Shown piece after piece: positions 1 through 11,200 of a DNA stretch of 64,000 bases (positions are counted from its first letter, which is position 1; each line of letters begins with the position of its first letter). The DNA comes from the human T2T-CHM13v2.0 reference genome, Homo sapiens, in assembly GCF_009914755.1 (NCBI RefSeq), contig NC_060935.1. One strand, given 5' to 3'. Made by a program: the position numbers and the translations under genes. The notes beneath the pieces are model-generated. The model saw only the letters and a list, made by a program, of their open reading frames with translations, was not told the DNA's origin and did no database searches.

Positions 1-21
1 TGTTCTAAGAGTTTTATATAC

Positions 22-397
22 TGCGATAGACTGAATTGTGTCCCTGCAAAATTTATATGTTGAAGCCCTAATCCCTAATGTGATGACACTTGGAGATGGG
101 TCCCCTGGGAGATAATTAGGGTTAGATGAGGTCATGAGGGTAGGCATTGATGATGAAATTAGTGGCTTTATAAGAAGAAGAAGAAAGAAAGAGGGCTTCC
201 CCTCCGCCATGTGAGGCACAGTAAGAAGGTGGCCTTCTGCAAGCCAGGAAGAGGAACCTCACCAGTAATTGAATCTGCAAGCACCTTGATCTTGATCTTC
301 CAGCTTTCAGAACTGTGAGATATAAACGTCTATTGTTTAAGCCACCCAGTCTATGGTATTTTGTTATGGTAGTCCAGGCTGACTGCTGACTAATACA
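22..397 (+). mobile_element. MaLR solo LTR, MLT1A/MLT1A0-like, inserted into a MIR
   Basis: Starts TGCGATAGACTGAATTGTGTCCC and ends AAGCCACCCAGTCTATGGTATTTTGTTATGG...CTAATACA. The flanks (1-21 and 398-492) join into one antisense MIR. Confidence 0.85.
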
Positions 398-492
398 CAT
401 ATAGAAACTCATTTAGTCTTCTAACAACAGTATAAGGCAGGCACAGGTATTGTCTCCCTTCAACAGGTGAAGAAACTGAGGCTTAGAGAAGT
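398..492 (-). mobile_element. MIR fragment (host of the MLT1A LTR)
   Basis: AACTCATTTAGTCTTCTAACAAC...GGTGAAGAAACTGAGGCTTAGAGAAG matches the antisense MIR core. Confidence 0.7.
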
Positions 493-788
493 GCTGTGCT
501 AGGTACTTAGATGGCCACTGGGAATATGAAGATTAATGCTTTGGGTTCCAGGAAATAATCCAGTCCAGTGAGTTCAATTCAGCTTGGCCTTTAGGGCTGT
601 ACCCTGGTGCCCCAAAACAGGACTATATCCATTGGCAGAACATGTTTTGCTTGCTTAACAATTGGCCTCAATCATGTAAAGCCATGCTTTAATGCCACTT
701 TGGGAAACTCTACTTCTAGAAGTTTCCTCAATCATCAAGAAACATCTTTCCTGAGAAGGGACAGAAAGAGGCCTGACTTCCATTCTTT

Positions 789-915
789 TGTGATCTTTGG
801 CAAGTTACTTGACCTTTCTGAGTTTCAGTTTTCTCATTTGTGCAATGGGTATAATAACGACGATTTCATAAAATTAATGTGAGGATTTGATAAAATTGAG
901 ATGTGAAAAATGCCA
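789..915 (+). mobile_element. MIR
   Basis: TGTGATCTTTGGCAAGTTACTTGACCTTTCTGAGTTTCAGTTTTCTCATTTG is the MIR core. Confidence 0.75.
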
Positions 916-1289
916 GCTATGCCACAAATACCTTAAAGAGATTCTGGCAGCCACCAAGGACCAGCCCTCTCCCCATGGAACCATGACTTAGCCAAGTGGG
1001 GGAGAGCAATCTAACCCTTGCTCCAAAATCTCTAGGTAAGCTACATTTCACAACTTCCCGGAGGAGGACCGTCTGTTGGCCCAGACCCAGCTCCCAGGCG
1101 CTTTCCCAACACTGCCTGCTGACTTTAACCTCATTTCCCATCCTGGAATAATTAAAAGAATTGTAAATGTGTTATGTATGGATTGACTTACATACATTCC
1201 TTATTCCTTAAAATCATTCCTTATTCCACAAAAAGAACTGAGGGGTCTCCATTTGCATGGCGAGGACCCTCTACTGAAGAGAATTCACA

Positions 1290-1420
1290 TCACTGTATCC
1301 TTTAATTCTCACATCTTTATTTCACTTATACAGAGACTGGGGATCAGAGAGGTTGTGTGACTTGCCCAGGTCACTCAGTTAGAAAATGCCACAGCTGGAA
1401 ATTTGAAACTGGCTGATTGG
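1290..1420 (-). mobile_element. MIR
   Basis: CAGAGAGGTTGTGTGACTTGCCCAGGTCACTCAG matches the antisense MIR core. Confidence 0.65.
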
Positions 1421-1870
1421 GACACCAACTTGTTTTTTCTTCTAGTACTCCAGTCTTAAGGGAGCAACAAATCTTCAGTCTCAAAAATGAGGAGGATAAT
1501 ATAGTAGCCATCTCGCTACCTCTCCCACCAGCATGATCAATAGCATCGGCTGCTGATGAAGGACAGGCCAACAAAAACGCTAACAGAACGACCCTCACAT
1601 CCCCTGTTCGTGGGCTTCTTATGCTGCTCCTCAAAGGGAGGGAGTGCTATCAGCGGCCTGCTATGGAGAATACAGTCAGACCCTGTAAAACTTTCAAGCC
1701 TCTGTCACATGTCTCAGAAACATTAGGTCCTTGGCATGCCTGGGTCACCAAGCTTAACTGTTGCATCATCTAATTTTATAGTTTCTTAATTTATGTTTTA
1801 TATAATTTTTCCTCATGATTCCAAGATAAGGTGGATTTTTGACGTGCTTTTAAGATATCTATGTAAAAGC

Positions 1871-2159
1871 TTTTTTTTTTTTAAAAAAAAACTTTTTGGT
1901 TCAGGGGTACATGTGCAGGCTTGTTATGTAGGTAAACTATGTCACAGTGGTTTGGTGTATAGATTATTTTGTTACCCAGGTAGTAAGCATATTATCCCAT
2001 AGGTAGTTTTTCAGTCCTCAACCTCCTCCCTCCCTCCACCCTCAAGTAGGCCCCAGTGCCTGGGGTTCCCTTCCTTGTGTCCATGTGGACTCAATATTTA
2101 GCTCCTGCTTATAAGTGAGAACATTAGATATTTGGTTTTCTGGTTCCTGTGTTAGTTCA
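1871..2159 (-). mobile_element. 5'-truncated L1 3' end (older L1PA, about L1PA13-16)
   Basis: Poly-T, then GGTTCAGGGGTACATGTGCAGG...CTTATAAGTGAGAACAT...TATTTGGTTTTCT. TSD TAAAAGCTTT at 1864-1873 and 2160-2169. Confidence 0.88.
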
Positions 2160-3664
2160 TAAAAGCTTTCTCTTTTTTTTTTTTTGCTACTTACATTTTA
2201 TTTTTGCCTCAATTTTCCTGGGTATCTATAGAAAAAGTTTCTTTTTTATTTTCAAATTTTAAAATGTATATAAATCCCTCTGGTATTTACATTTTCATAT
2301 TTCAAAATTTCTAAAATACAAATAAAATAAAAAAGAAACCAACGTTACATTAGAACTATCTTAAGAAAAGATGGATAAAGCCAGATGTTGGAACATGGTG
2401 GCTTATAAACTAATCTTTAATAAGTTTTTTAAAAGTATGCATAAATCATAGTCATTTGGTAGAGTTCTTAATTAATACCTGGTGGCACAGAGCTTGAGAT
2501 TGGGCAGGTGCCACATAAATGTAGTATTTAATTCTAGATTGTTCCTATTATATGGCTGTGCAAACTGAGGTCTATGAAAATTAAATGACTTCTTTCACAT
2601 AAAAGAACAAAGCATTATTTGCTTTGACAACAAGTCAAAGACAACAAGTTGTCTTGGAAAAAATATGGCTAGAACTGCAAAACTGAGCTAGATGAGATGT
2701 GAGGGCCACAATCTAGCATGGAGATAAATAGCTGTCCTTTTAGACCACTGACTGCTCTCCAAGGGGGGTTATGTGTCTCTGGCAATTTCCACTCTTGGAA
2801 AGCAAGGGTCTTAACTTATACTATCTCACTTTTGGGGGGAAGGGTGGGGTGAGGTCTAAATCTTAGCATTTTAGGAACTTGGGTAGAGGTTACATAGGTT
2901 TCCTTCAATATTTTCCCCAGGAGTTTCTATGTCCTTTATGCAAACAGGATTCTTGGCCTGCTCTGAGTTCCCCCAGGTGAAAATATCTTATGAAGCAACC
3001 AGCCACTCACACATTAGTATGATTTAATCATCTCTAAAGAGATAGCTCTCTGAAGCTAAGACTCTGCAAAGGAGTAGAGGTGGGAGGTGAAGAAAATAAT
3101 GCTTTGTTCTTTTATCTCTGTACTATTAAGTCTTCTTTGTCTTTCAAGATCTCATTCAAGTGCCATTTCTTCTAAGAAGGCTTCATTAATCTCTCTAGTT
3201 AGACAGATTGCTTCCTTCTTGTTCCTTCAATAATACCTTTTTCTTTATGCTCTACACCAGTACTTCTTACAATCTCTTCCATACATTTACTTATTGGTGT
3301 GTTCATCTTATATTCCCCCTGGACTGGTAGTCCCCTTGAGGGCGGGGATACTTTTGATTTACTTTCTTACCCCTATGTGTTGTCTAGCTCAGAGAAGGTA
3401 AGGTTATCTTCTGATATCTTAAAATTCTGAAATTACTTGGAAGTGAGATGCAGGGTGTCTGTCCAGTTTTGCACAGGCTCCTCTAGCTCCTGCACCATTT
3501 CCCTACAGCAAAGTTTGGGCCACTCGGAAAGAAATCTTGAATCTCCTCTGTACTCTCATAGTCTTGGTGCAGAACCAGTGGTTCCCACCCACCGTTCTCT
3601 GCCTGCCAACCTGCTCTGGTTTCAGAAAACACAAGGTAGATTCCTAGCTAAGGAACTTTCTCAC

Positions 3665-3830
3665 TTTGTTGTGACCTTGAGTAATGTATATCATCTTTCT
3701 CTGCAGTTTCTTCTTTTATAAAATAGGCATTATTCTTGCCTCTTATGGCTGTTGTTCTGAGGACTGGATACAACACCTGCTGTATTTGACACAATACTTT
3801 GCACATAGTAACCTCAATAAATAGTAGCAA
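3665..3830 (+). mobile_element. MIR
   Basis: TGTGACCTTGAG...CAGTTTCTTCTTTTATAAAATAGG...CACATAGTAACCTCAATAAATAG. Confidence 0.65.
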
Positions 3831-3939
3831 TTTTTTTTTCAATAAAGAACAAAAATGTTTAAGACATTGCCTGGTATATAGTAGGGACTGTAAGAGCTGT
3901 GTGCAAGCATTTTAATTCTTATTTTAGGAAAGCAATAAA

Positions 3940-4125
3940 ATGTAGTAAGAAGAGCAGGAGCTTTGGAATCTACTTGGGTTCAAACTCTTGCTCTGCTAGT
4001 TGCTTGTTGAGTTGTGTTGGGTAAATTGCTTAACTTTTCTAACATCAGATTCCTCATCCCTAAAATGGGGGATAATTCTACCTTATAGAATTGTGGTGCT
4101 GATAAGAGAGAAAAAAGTATTTTAA
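3940..4125 (+). mobile_element. MIR
   Basis: CTTGGGTTCAAACTCTTGCTCTGC...CAGATTCCTCATCCCTAAAATGGGGGATAAT. Confidence 0.7.
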
Positions 4126-4132
4126 GAGTTTT

Positions 4133-4385
4133 AGTGGATTGTATTTACCAAAGATGGCCACATTAATATCTCTCATCTGACATCCTCTTCTAGAACTTTG
4201 CTGTCCTCCCTCCCCATCAAGAGCTGGACTTGAATTTCTCTGTCCTTGAATCTCGGTGGGTTGGTAGGACACTTGTGATTAACACAATGCACTGGTTGTG
4301 ATACTAGGTACCTTCCTAAGCTAGGCCATAAGATGCCATGTGGCTTCCATCTTGTTGCCACTTGCCTGTGGAGTCCTGAGTGGAA
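4133..4385 (+). mobile_element. MaLR LTR 5' part, MLT1G/H-like
   Basis: GATTGTATTTACCAAAGATGGCCAC...CCCATCAAGAG...CCTTGAATCT...GCTAGGCCATAAGATG. Confidence 0.7.
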
Positions 4386-5008
4386 GAAATCCATTATGGG
4401 GTAGTGCATAGTAAAGACCAGATGAGACAAAATAAGAGCATTTATTATTAGAGCAATTATTAGAATTATTACCATCTCGCAGGGTATGTCTACATGGCCC
4501 CAATATGCAGGAGAACTCAGCCCCCCAGGCTTCTGCCCCACCCCCAATCTCTCAGTCCATGAAAATTTAGCTTGTGACCCCCTCTCCACACCTGCCACAT
4601 GGTTCTGGGGGCACAGGAGACCGAGAGGATGTGGGAAGTGGTTCTGTTGGCCTCTTGAGTCACAAACTGTGGGGATGTTAGGGGACCCTTCTTACTTGTT
4701 TTGGTGCAGCTTTCTTCCCTACTGAGGACGCGGAGTGACCTTTTGTGTAAAATTGGCTGGCCTTGCCTGTGTGAGGACATCTCCTTAATCTCCTGTCCTC
4801 TGGCACTTTTACATATTGACTGGACAGAGGTCAGCTCCATGGGAAACATTCTTTGTTGCAGTTAAGCCAAACCCTTCAGGTCTTAGAATTGGTTTAAACC
4901 TGATTAACTCACAAGGAAAAGGGAAATGTACATTTTGGGACTGGAGAATAAGATATTTAAGCCACTCTTAATAAATGCTTTCCATCTTGCTACTTTCAAA
5001 GCCACGTG

Positions 5009-5240
5009 CTCTCTCTCTCTCTCTCTTTGAGTCTCTCTCACTTTTACTCCTTTAGCTTTCAAACTGGGTTTTTCTCTCTTCTCTTTTTCTCTCCTACCTC
5101 TTTTCACCTCCTCTCCATTATTTGCGCTTTCTTTCCTATTCTTCTCCAAATTCTACCCTCCCTGCCTTCTCTCATCCTTTGTCCGTCTCTCCGTGTTTCT
5201 CTCTGCTTTGCTCTTCCCAACTTTGATATCTGTCACTTTC
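5009..5240 (+). repeat. (CT)n microsatellite and long pyrimidine-rich low-complexity tract
   Basis: CT run from 5009, followed by about 200 bp that is predominantly C/T. Confidence 0.8.
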
Positions 5241-5579
5241 AGCAACTTTGTTTCTGAAGGGGTGACACATGCAGCTGTCATTGAAGATGACAGTATCGTC
5301 ACCAAACAGTTACAGAGGGAGGATGGAATTCTGGAACTTCTGCAGTTAGCTTTGCTTATATTCTGAGCAGTCTTGGTGGAGACAGTACCCAGCAATGTGT
5401 TTCAGGTCTAACGGGCCAGATCTCCGTCAACAGAGAGGCTGGTGGGAGCCAGACTGTGGGGTTGATGGTCCATTCACTAGGCTTACCGGGATGTCTCCCA
5501 TGCTGTCCTCTGGAAGGACAGCTCAGGGCAGGCAGAGATCTGAGGGTGATTAAGCCTCTCTCTGAAGACTTTGGAAAAA

Positions 5580-5790
5580 GCCTTGGACTTGGGGTAAAGA
5601 TCTCAGGCCCCCACCAGCTGTGTGATCTCAGGCCAATCGCTGTACCTCTGTGAGCCTGTTTCTAATCCATAAAATGGAATAATGATAGTCATCTTGCCTT
5701 CCTCAGGGAGCTATTATGAGGCTCACAGAGCTAATGAATGAGAAAGCATTTTGTAAAGTAGAAAGTGCTGTACGAATTTAAACCCTTTTT
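5580..5790 (+). mobile_element. MIR
   Basis: AGCTGTGTGATCTCAGG...GAGCCTGTTTCTAATCCATAAAATGGAATAATGATAG...GTAAAG. Confidence 0.7.
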
Positions 5791-6884
5791 TATTATTGTT
5801 GTTATCATGATCAAAATTTTTATGTCCCACTAATGTTCATCTTACAACTCATCAGTATTAAGAAGAATACGCTCTAAGTGGAACAAAATCTTGTTTCTCC
5901 GTCGTGCATGAATGTATGGCATATTTGTGGGAAATAAATATTACTGTTTTGTGGGGCCTTTATCAAGTCCCCTGCTTCTGCCTCACCCCCATCCTGTTCA
6001 CTTAAGCCTAGCCGACCCTCTCTGCAAGAGGGTGCTGGGAAAGCCAGGGTTGACCTTACAGGCATGGACAAGCTTGGCGGGATGTGCTCTCAAACCGGCA
6101 CCTTGCATCCTTGCATCCTATCCCATTCCTGCATCTGCCCACTGTGGTGTAAGCCCGGTCCCGGTCTTTGCGCCTGAGACAGAGTAGCTTCTCTGAGGGC
6201 AACCCCAGTGTGCCCCAGGACTCAGGCAGCCACCTACCTTCTCAGGTAGTCCTTGGTGCCCCCTCTCCCCGCCTGGCTTCGGCCACCCTCTCCTTAGTCT
6301 CTTGGGCTCCCCCTTGTGGTAGGCTTTAGCCAAGCCCGCCTCCCTGACCCTCCAGCAGGTCCTGCAATCCAAGAACAAATAAGCCTGCCATCTAGGGAAC
6401 TGTGGCTCCTGGAACCGCAGATTTCTCCATCCTTTCAGGCTGCCGAGACCACTGACCTCCGGTGCCTCCGGGAGGAGCAAAGGCAACTCTGGGGAGCTGT
6501 ATCCACTTCACCACCTGCGCTTGGCTTGGAAATTTCATTGCTGTTAAAACCAGTCATGGTCATCTTATTCCAACCTGAGTCAGTATTCTTACCAATCTTC
6601 AAGCCTGCATCAGATATATGCTCCCAAGAGTTGAGGAGGGGCTTACAAAGGGTAACAGGAAAGAGGTGGCAAGTGCATTCAGTGGAGAGTTTGGTTCCAC
6701 TCACCTCTTGGGCCTCATCCCCCGGGTCTGTGCCAACCCATCCAGCCTCACCCTGGATCTGTCCTGGTGCTCCTGGCTCCTGACACAGTGCACTGCCCAT
6801 CCTTGCTCCTCCATAGGCCTTCCTCTCCCCTCTCTGAATCTTGGGGTGGCCTTCTACTTGGTCTCTCAGTCCCAACCCCATTTT

Positions 6885-7045
6885 GGCTCCCACAACTACT
6901 CCAAGAGAAGCTCTCATTGCATTTTACAGATGAGGAAACTGAGGTTTAGGATGTTAAATCACTTGTCCGAGGTCTGAGGGTTCTTGGGGTGGGGGGACCG
7001 GAAGCCGACCAGAGTGAAAGCTCATTCCATTACGATATGCTGCCT
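6885..7045 (-). mobile_element. MIR
   Basis: CATTTTACAGATGAGGAAACTGAGGTTTAGGATGTTAAATCACTTGTCCGAGGTC. Confidence 0.75.
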
Positions 7046-7734
7046 CCTCTGCGGTTTTAGAAAAATGATTAGGGCTTAGCCTTTGCCTTCAAGGAGCTCA
7101 GGGCCTAAAGGAACAGACAGAGTCACATAGACAAACGCTTGCTATCAGCTAAGGCACTAGTGCAATAAGGGAGACTACCCATAGCTCTCAAAATTCAGAA
7201 GAGCTATTTAGTTATTAATTTGGCCCAAAGAACTAGTGGTGGTGGTGGGTTGTGTGCGTATGTGTTAACACTTTCAGAAGAGGGGCTGTCATTAAGTGAC
7301 ATGGTCAGTATTTTCCCCAGAAGTCTGGAGAGCAAATATTAGTGTTTCATGCTGCCATTTCCCCAACCTTGCCCATGGCAGACACTGATGATATGTCTTC
7401 TCTAGTGAATCCAGATATGGCTTCAGCATCTTTGCCACAAAATGCCCAGATGATTATAGCTTTTGATTGAGGCTGGCAAGCAAAAGAGCATTTTTTGTTT
7501 GTTTTTTGTTTTTTGCTACTCTGCAATCTTAGATAAACACTTGTGCTTTCTACAAGAGAAAACAGGCTCAGAGAAGGAAATGACTCTTGTACATCACTGT
7601 GGAATAACAGCAGCAACAGCATCTCTGATTCCACCAGGATTTGCTTCTCTGAATGATTTTCTTATCTCTTGGACATTACTTAGTTCTTGCTAAACATTCG
7701 TTGAGTTCGATTCTGCGGCATGGATAGGAAATAC

Positions 7735-7895
7735 TAACCTGCATTACCTCTCATTCTCACAACTACCTGTGAGGTAGTCATGATTATTGCCACTTTACAA
7801 AAGAGTAAACTGAGGCCCAGAAATGTAAATAGCTTGTTCAAGGTCACACGGCCAGGAAGCAGTGGAACCAATATTTGGTCTCAGGTCTTCCTCCA
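7735..7895 (-). mobile_element. MIR
   Basis: CTCACAACTACCTGTGAGGTAG...AAACTGAGGCCCAG...TTGTTCAAGGTCACAC. Confidence 0.75.
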
Positions 7896-8380
7896 GAGTC
7901 TATTTATTTTTTAATTCTTCTAAATGTGTTACAAAATGTTCAAAAAATCTAAAAAGGTTTAAGATGAATACAGTGAATACCCTTGTCCCCACTCCCCAGT
8001 TAGAAACAAAACAAAGCCTGTTTCATTTTTGCAGAATACCATACTGCCCTTCATAACACATAATAAAATGAGATTTAATAATGTAATTGAGCCATGTTGA
8101 ACATTTCTCACTGAAGCCTGCTTTTAGTGGCGTTTTAAAATGACTTTTCTTTATAAATTGAAATAATGTCTTTGGATATTTGAGAGATTGCAGCAAGGAA
8201 AGTCTGCTGTTCACAGACCTGGTCATTGGAGGAGTAATTTAATGCCATAGACGTAGATTTCTCATTTTACCTTTTATCAGTTCTAACAAGCCAGATGGTC
8301 ATTGCAAACGGGTCCTCCAGCATCGCCCTTTTCTGCTTTGGCCACTCTCGGGGGACTTATTTGAATTTGGTTCCCTGTAA

Positions 8381-8533
<153 letters not shown>

Positions 8534-8759
8534 TAATCTTATACCATTCATTTCTTTCCCTGCCACCATTTGCGTCACTCCCTAATAGTCATAACTCTAT
8601 CTTCTCCAGTTTCCCCAGTTGGAATGAGCCTTTTCTTCATTATAGTCTTCCTCAGCACCCAATAACCCTAGTAAAGCATACATATGCCTTGTATTAGTTA
8701 TTTGTGTAAGTAATTTCCCCATTAGACCCAGCCTTGCTCATCTATAATCGATGTAACAG

Positions 8760-8945
8760 TAATTATCATAACTGAAGACTTTACATTTTCTGAGTGCTTT
8801 TCCTAGTCATAATCTTATTTAGTTTGTACAATATCTGAGGTATGTATTTTTAAATCATATTCAATTATACAGATATGACCACAGCAACTCAGAAAGGTGA
8901 GGTGACTTGCCTAAAGTCACAGCTAGCTAGTTGCAAAGTTCAGAG
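8760..8945 (-). mobile_element. MIR
   Basis: CTCAGAAAGGTGAGGTGACTTGCCTAAAGTCACAGCTAG. Confidence 0.6.
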
Positions 8946-8992
8946 AAAATTTAGTGTGCCTGTCCTCCTCTTATTAGAATACACAGTATTCT

Positions 8993-9378
<386 letters not shown>

Positions 9379-9558
9379 TCAAACTACCAACTATCAATTG
9401 CTTTATTCTGTAAATACCTACCAAGCACATATTATATGCCAGGAATTATGTGGGGTTCTAGGGAAACAGCAGTGAATAGGACAAAGAAGCCCCTTATCTC
9501 ATGAAGCTTACAGTGTAGTAGTTAGATAATTAACAAGTAAGCAAAGAAATGAACAAGG

Positions 9559-10031
9559 TGTGGTAGGTAAATGGTGATCCACCTGCTCAAAGATGTCCAC
9601 ATCATTATCCCTGGAACCTGTCAAGTTTACCTTACATAGCAATAGGCCCTTTGCATATATGATTAAATTAAGGGTCTTTTGATGGAGGGATTAACCTGAT
9701 TTTAGCTAGGCAGGCCCAATGTAATGAACCTTTAGGAAAGGGAGTCAGTAAGATCAGAGTTAAAGAATAAGACATGAAGAGGGAAGCAGAGGTCAGACTG
9801 ATTTGATTGACAGCTTTGAATATGAGAGGGGGCCATAAGCCAAGGAAAGAAGGCAGGCTCTGGATGCTGGGAAAGACAAGTAAATGATTCTCCCCTAGGG
9901 CCTTCAGAAAAAGTGCAGCTCCACTCACCCGTTTTAGACTTCTGACTTTCAGAAGTATAACAAAATAAATTGATGTTGCTTTCAGCCACTAAGTTTGTGG
10001 TAATTTGTTATAGTTGCAAGAAACTAATACA
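9559..10031 (+). mobile_element. MaLR solo LTR, MLT1D
   Basis: TGTGGTAGG...AAAGATGTCCACATC...CCCTGGAACCTGT...GCCACTAAGTTTGTGGTAATTTGTTATAG...AACTAATACA. Perfect 5-bp TSD CAAGG (9554-9558 / 10032-10036). Confidence 0.88.
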
Positions 10032-10038
10032 CAAGGCA

Positions 10039-10567
<529 letters not shown>

Positions 10568-11200
10568 TCAGATTTTGTACTAAAAGAAAAGGGAAGCTCT
10601 TGAAGATTTTTAAACCAGGTGAGAAGTAAATTGCTACTGCATTGCCCAAAGTTCCTAGCATGATGAAGACCCTTTCTTGGGGCATGGGAAAAACTTAAAC
10701 TCACTCAAGACCAACCCACCCTCCAAATGAGCTCTCCTGTGCTGTACCAGGTTTGTAGAACATGTCCAGTCTTCACTAGGAAGTGTGGGTTTCTCTGCCA
10801 ACCTGGCACTCCAATTCTGTAAGGGCGGGTACCTCTGATGTAAACCATCAGCAGGAGACAGTGCTCTTACCTATAATTTCCCACAGAGAGACATGGAGGG
10901 AAACTGGGCATTACTGTGCTCAGAAATGCCCCTGCCAAGGGGTCGAACTTACCATCTACTACGCAAATATCTTGCTTCATATTTGCTCTGTCTTGAGATA
11001 GTAAACTCTGTGAAATTAGGGACGATCTGTACTTTTGTCCTTGCGTTTCTAGTTTTAGCATTTAGTAGATGTTCAATAGGCACTTGTTGAAAGCATGGAT
11101 AACTGGAGGGAAGGGACATAAGTAATTTAGTGCTCTGTTTTGTAGGAAGCAGAAACAGTAAGATAGCTAACAAGCAGGAAAATACAAATATCGAAACACC

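Noticed and set aside
6118-6977. Several 119-160 aa ORFs overlapping on both strands
   Set aside because: No recognisable domain, mutually overlapping, in GC-rich sequence, and one runs into a MIR.
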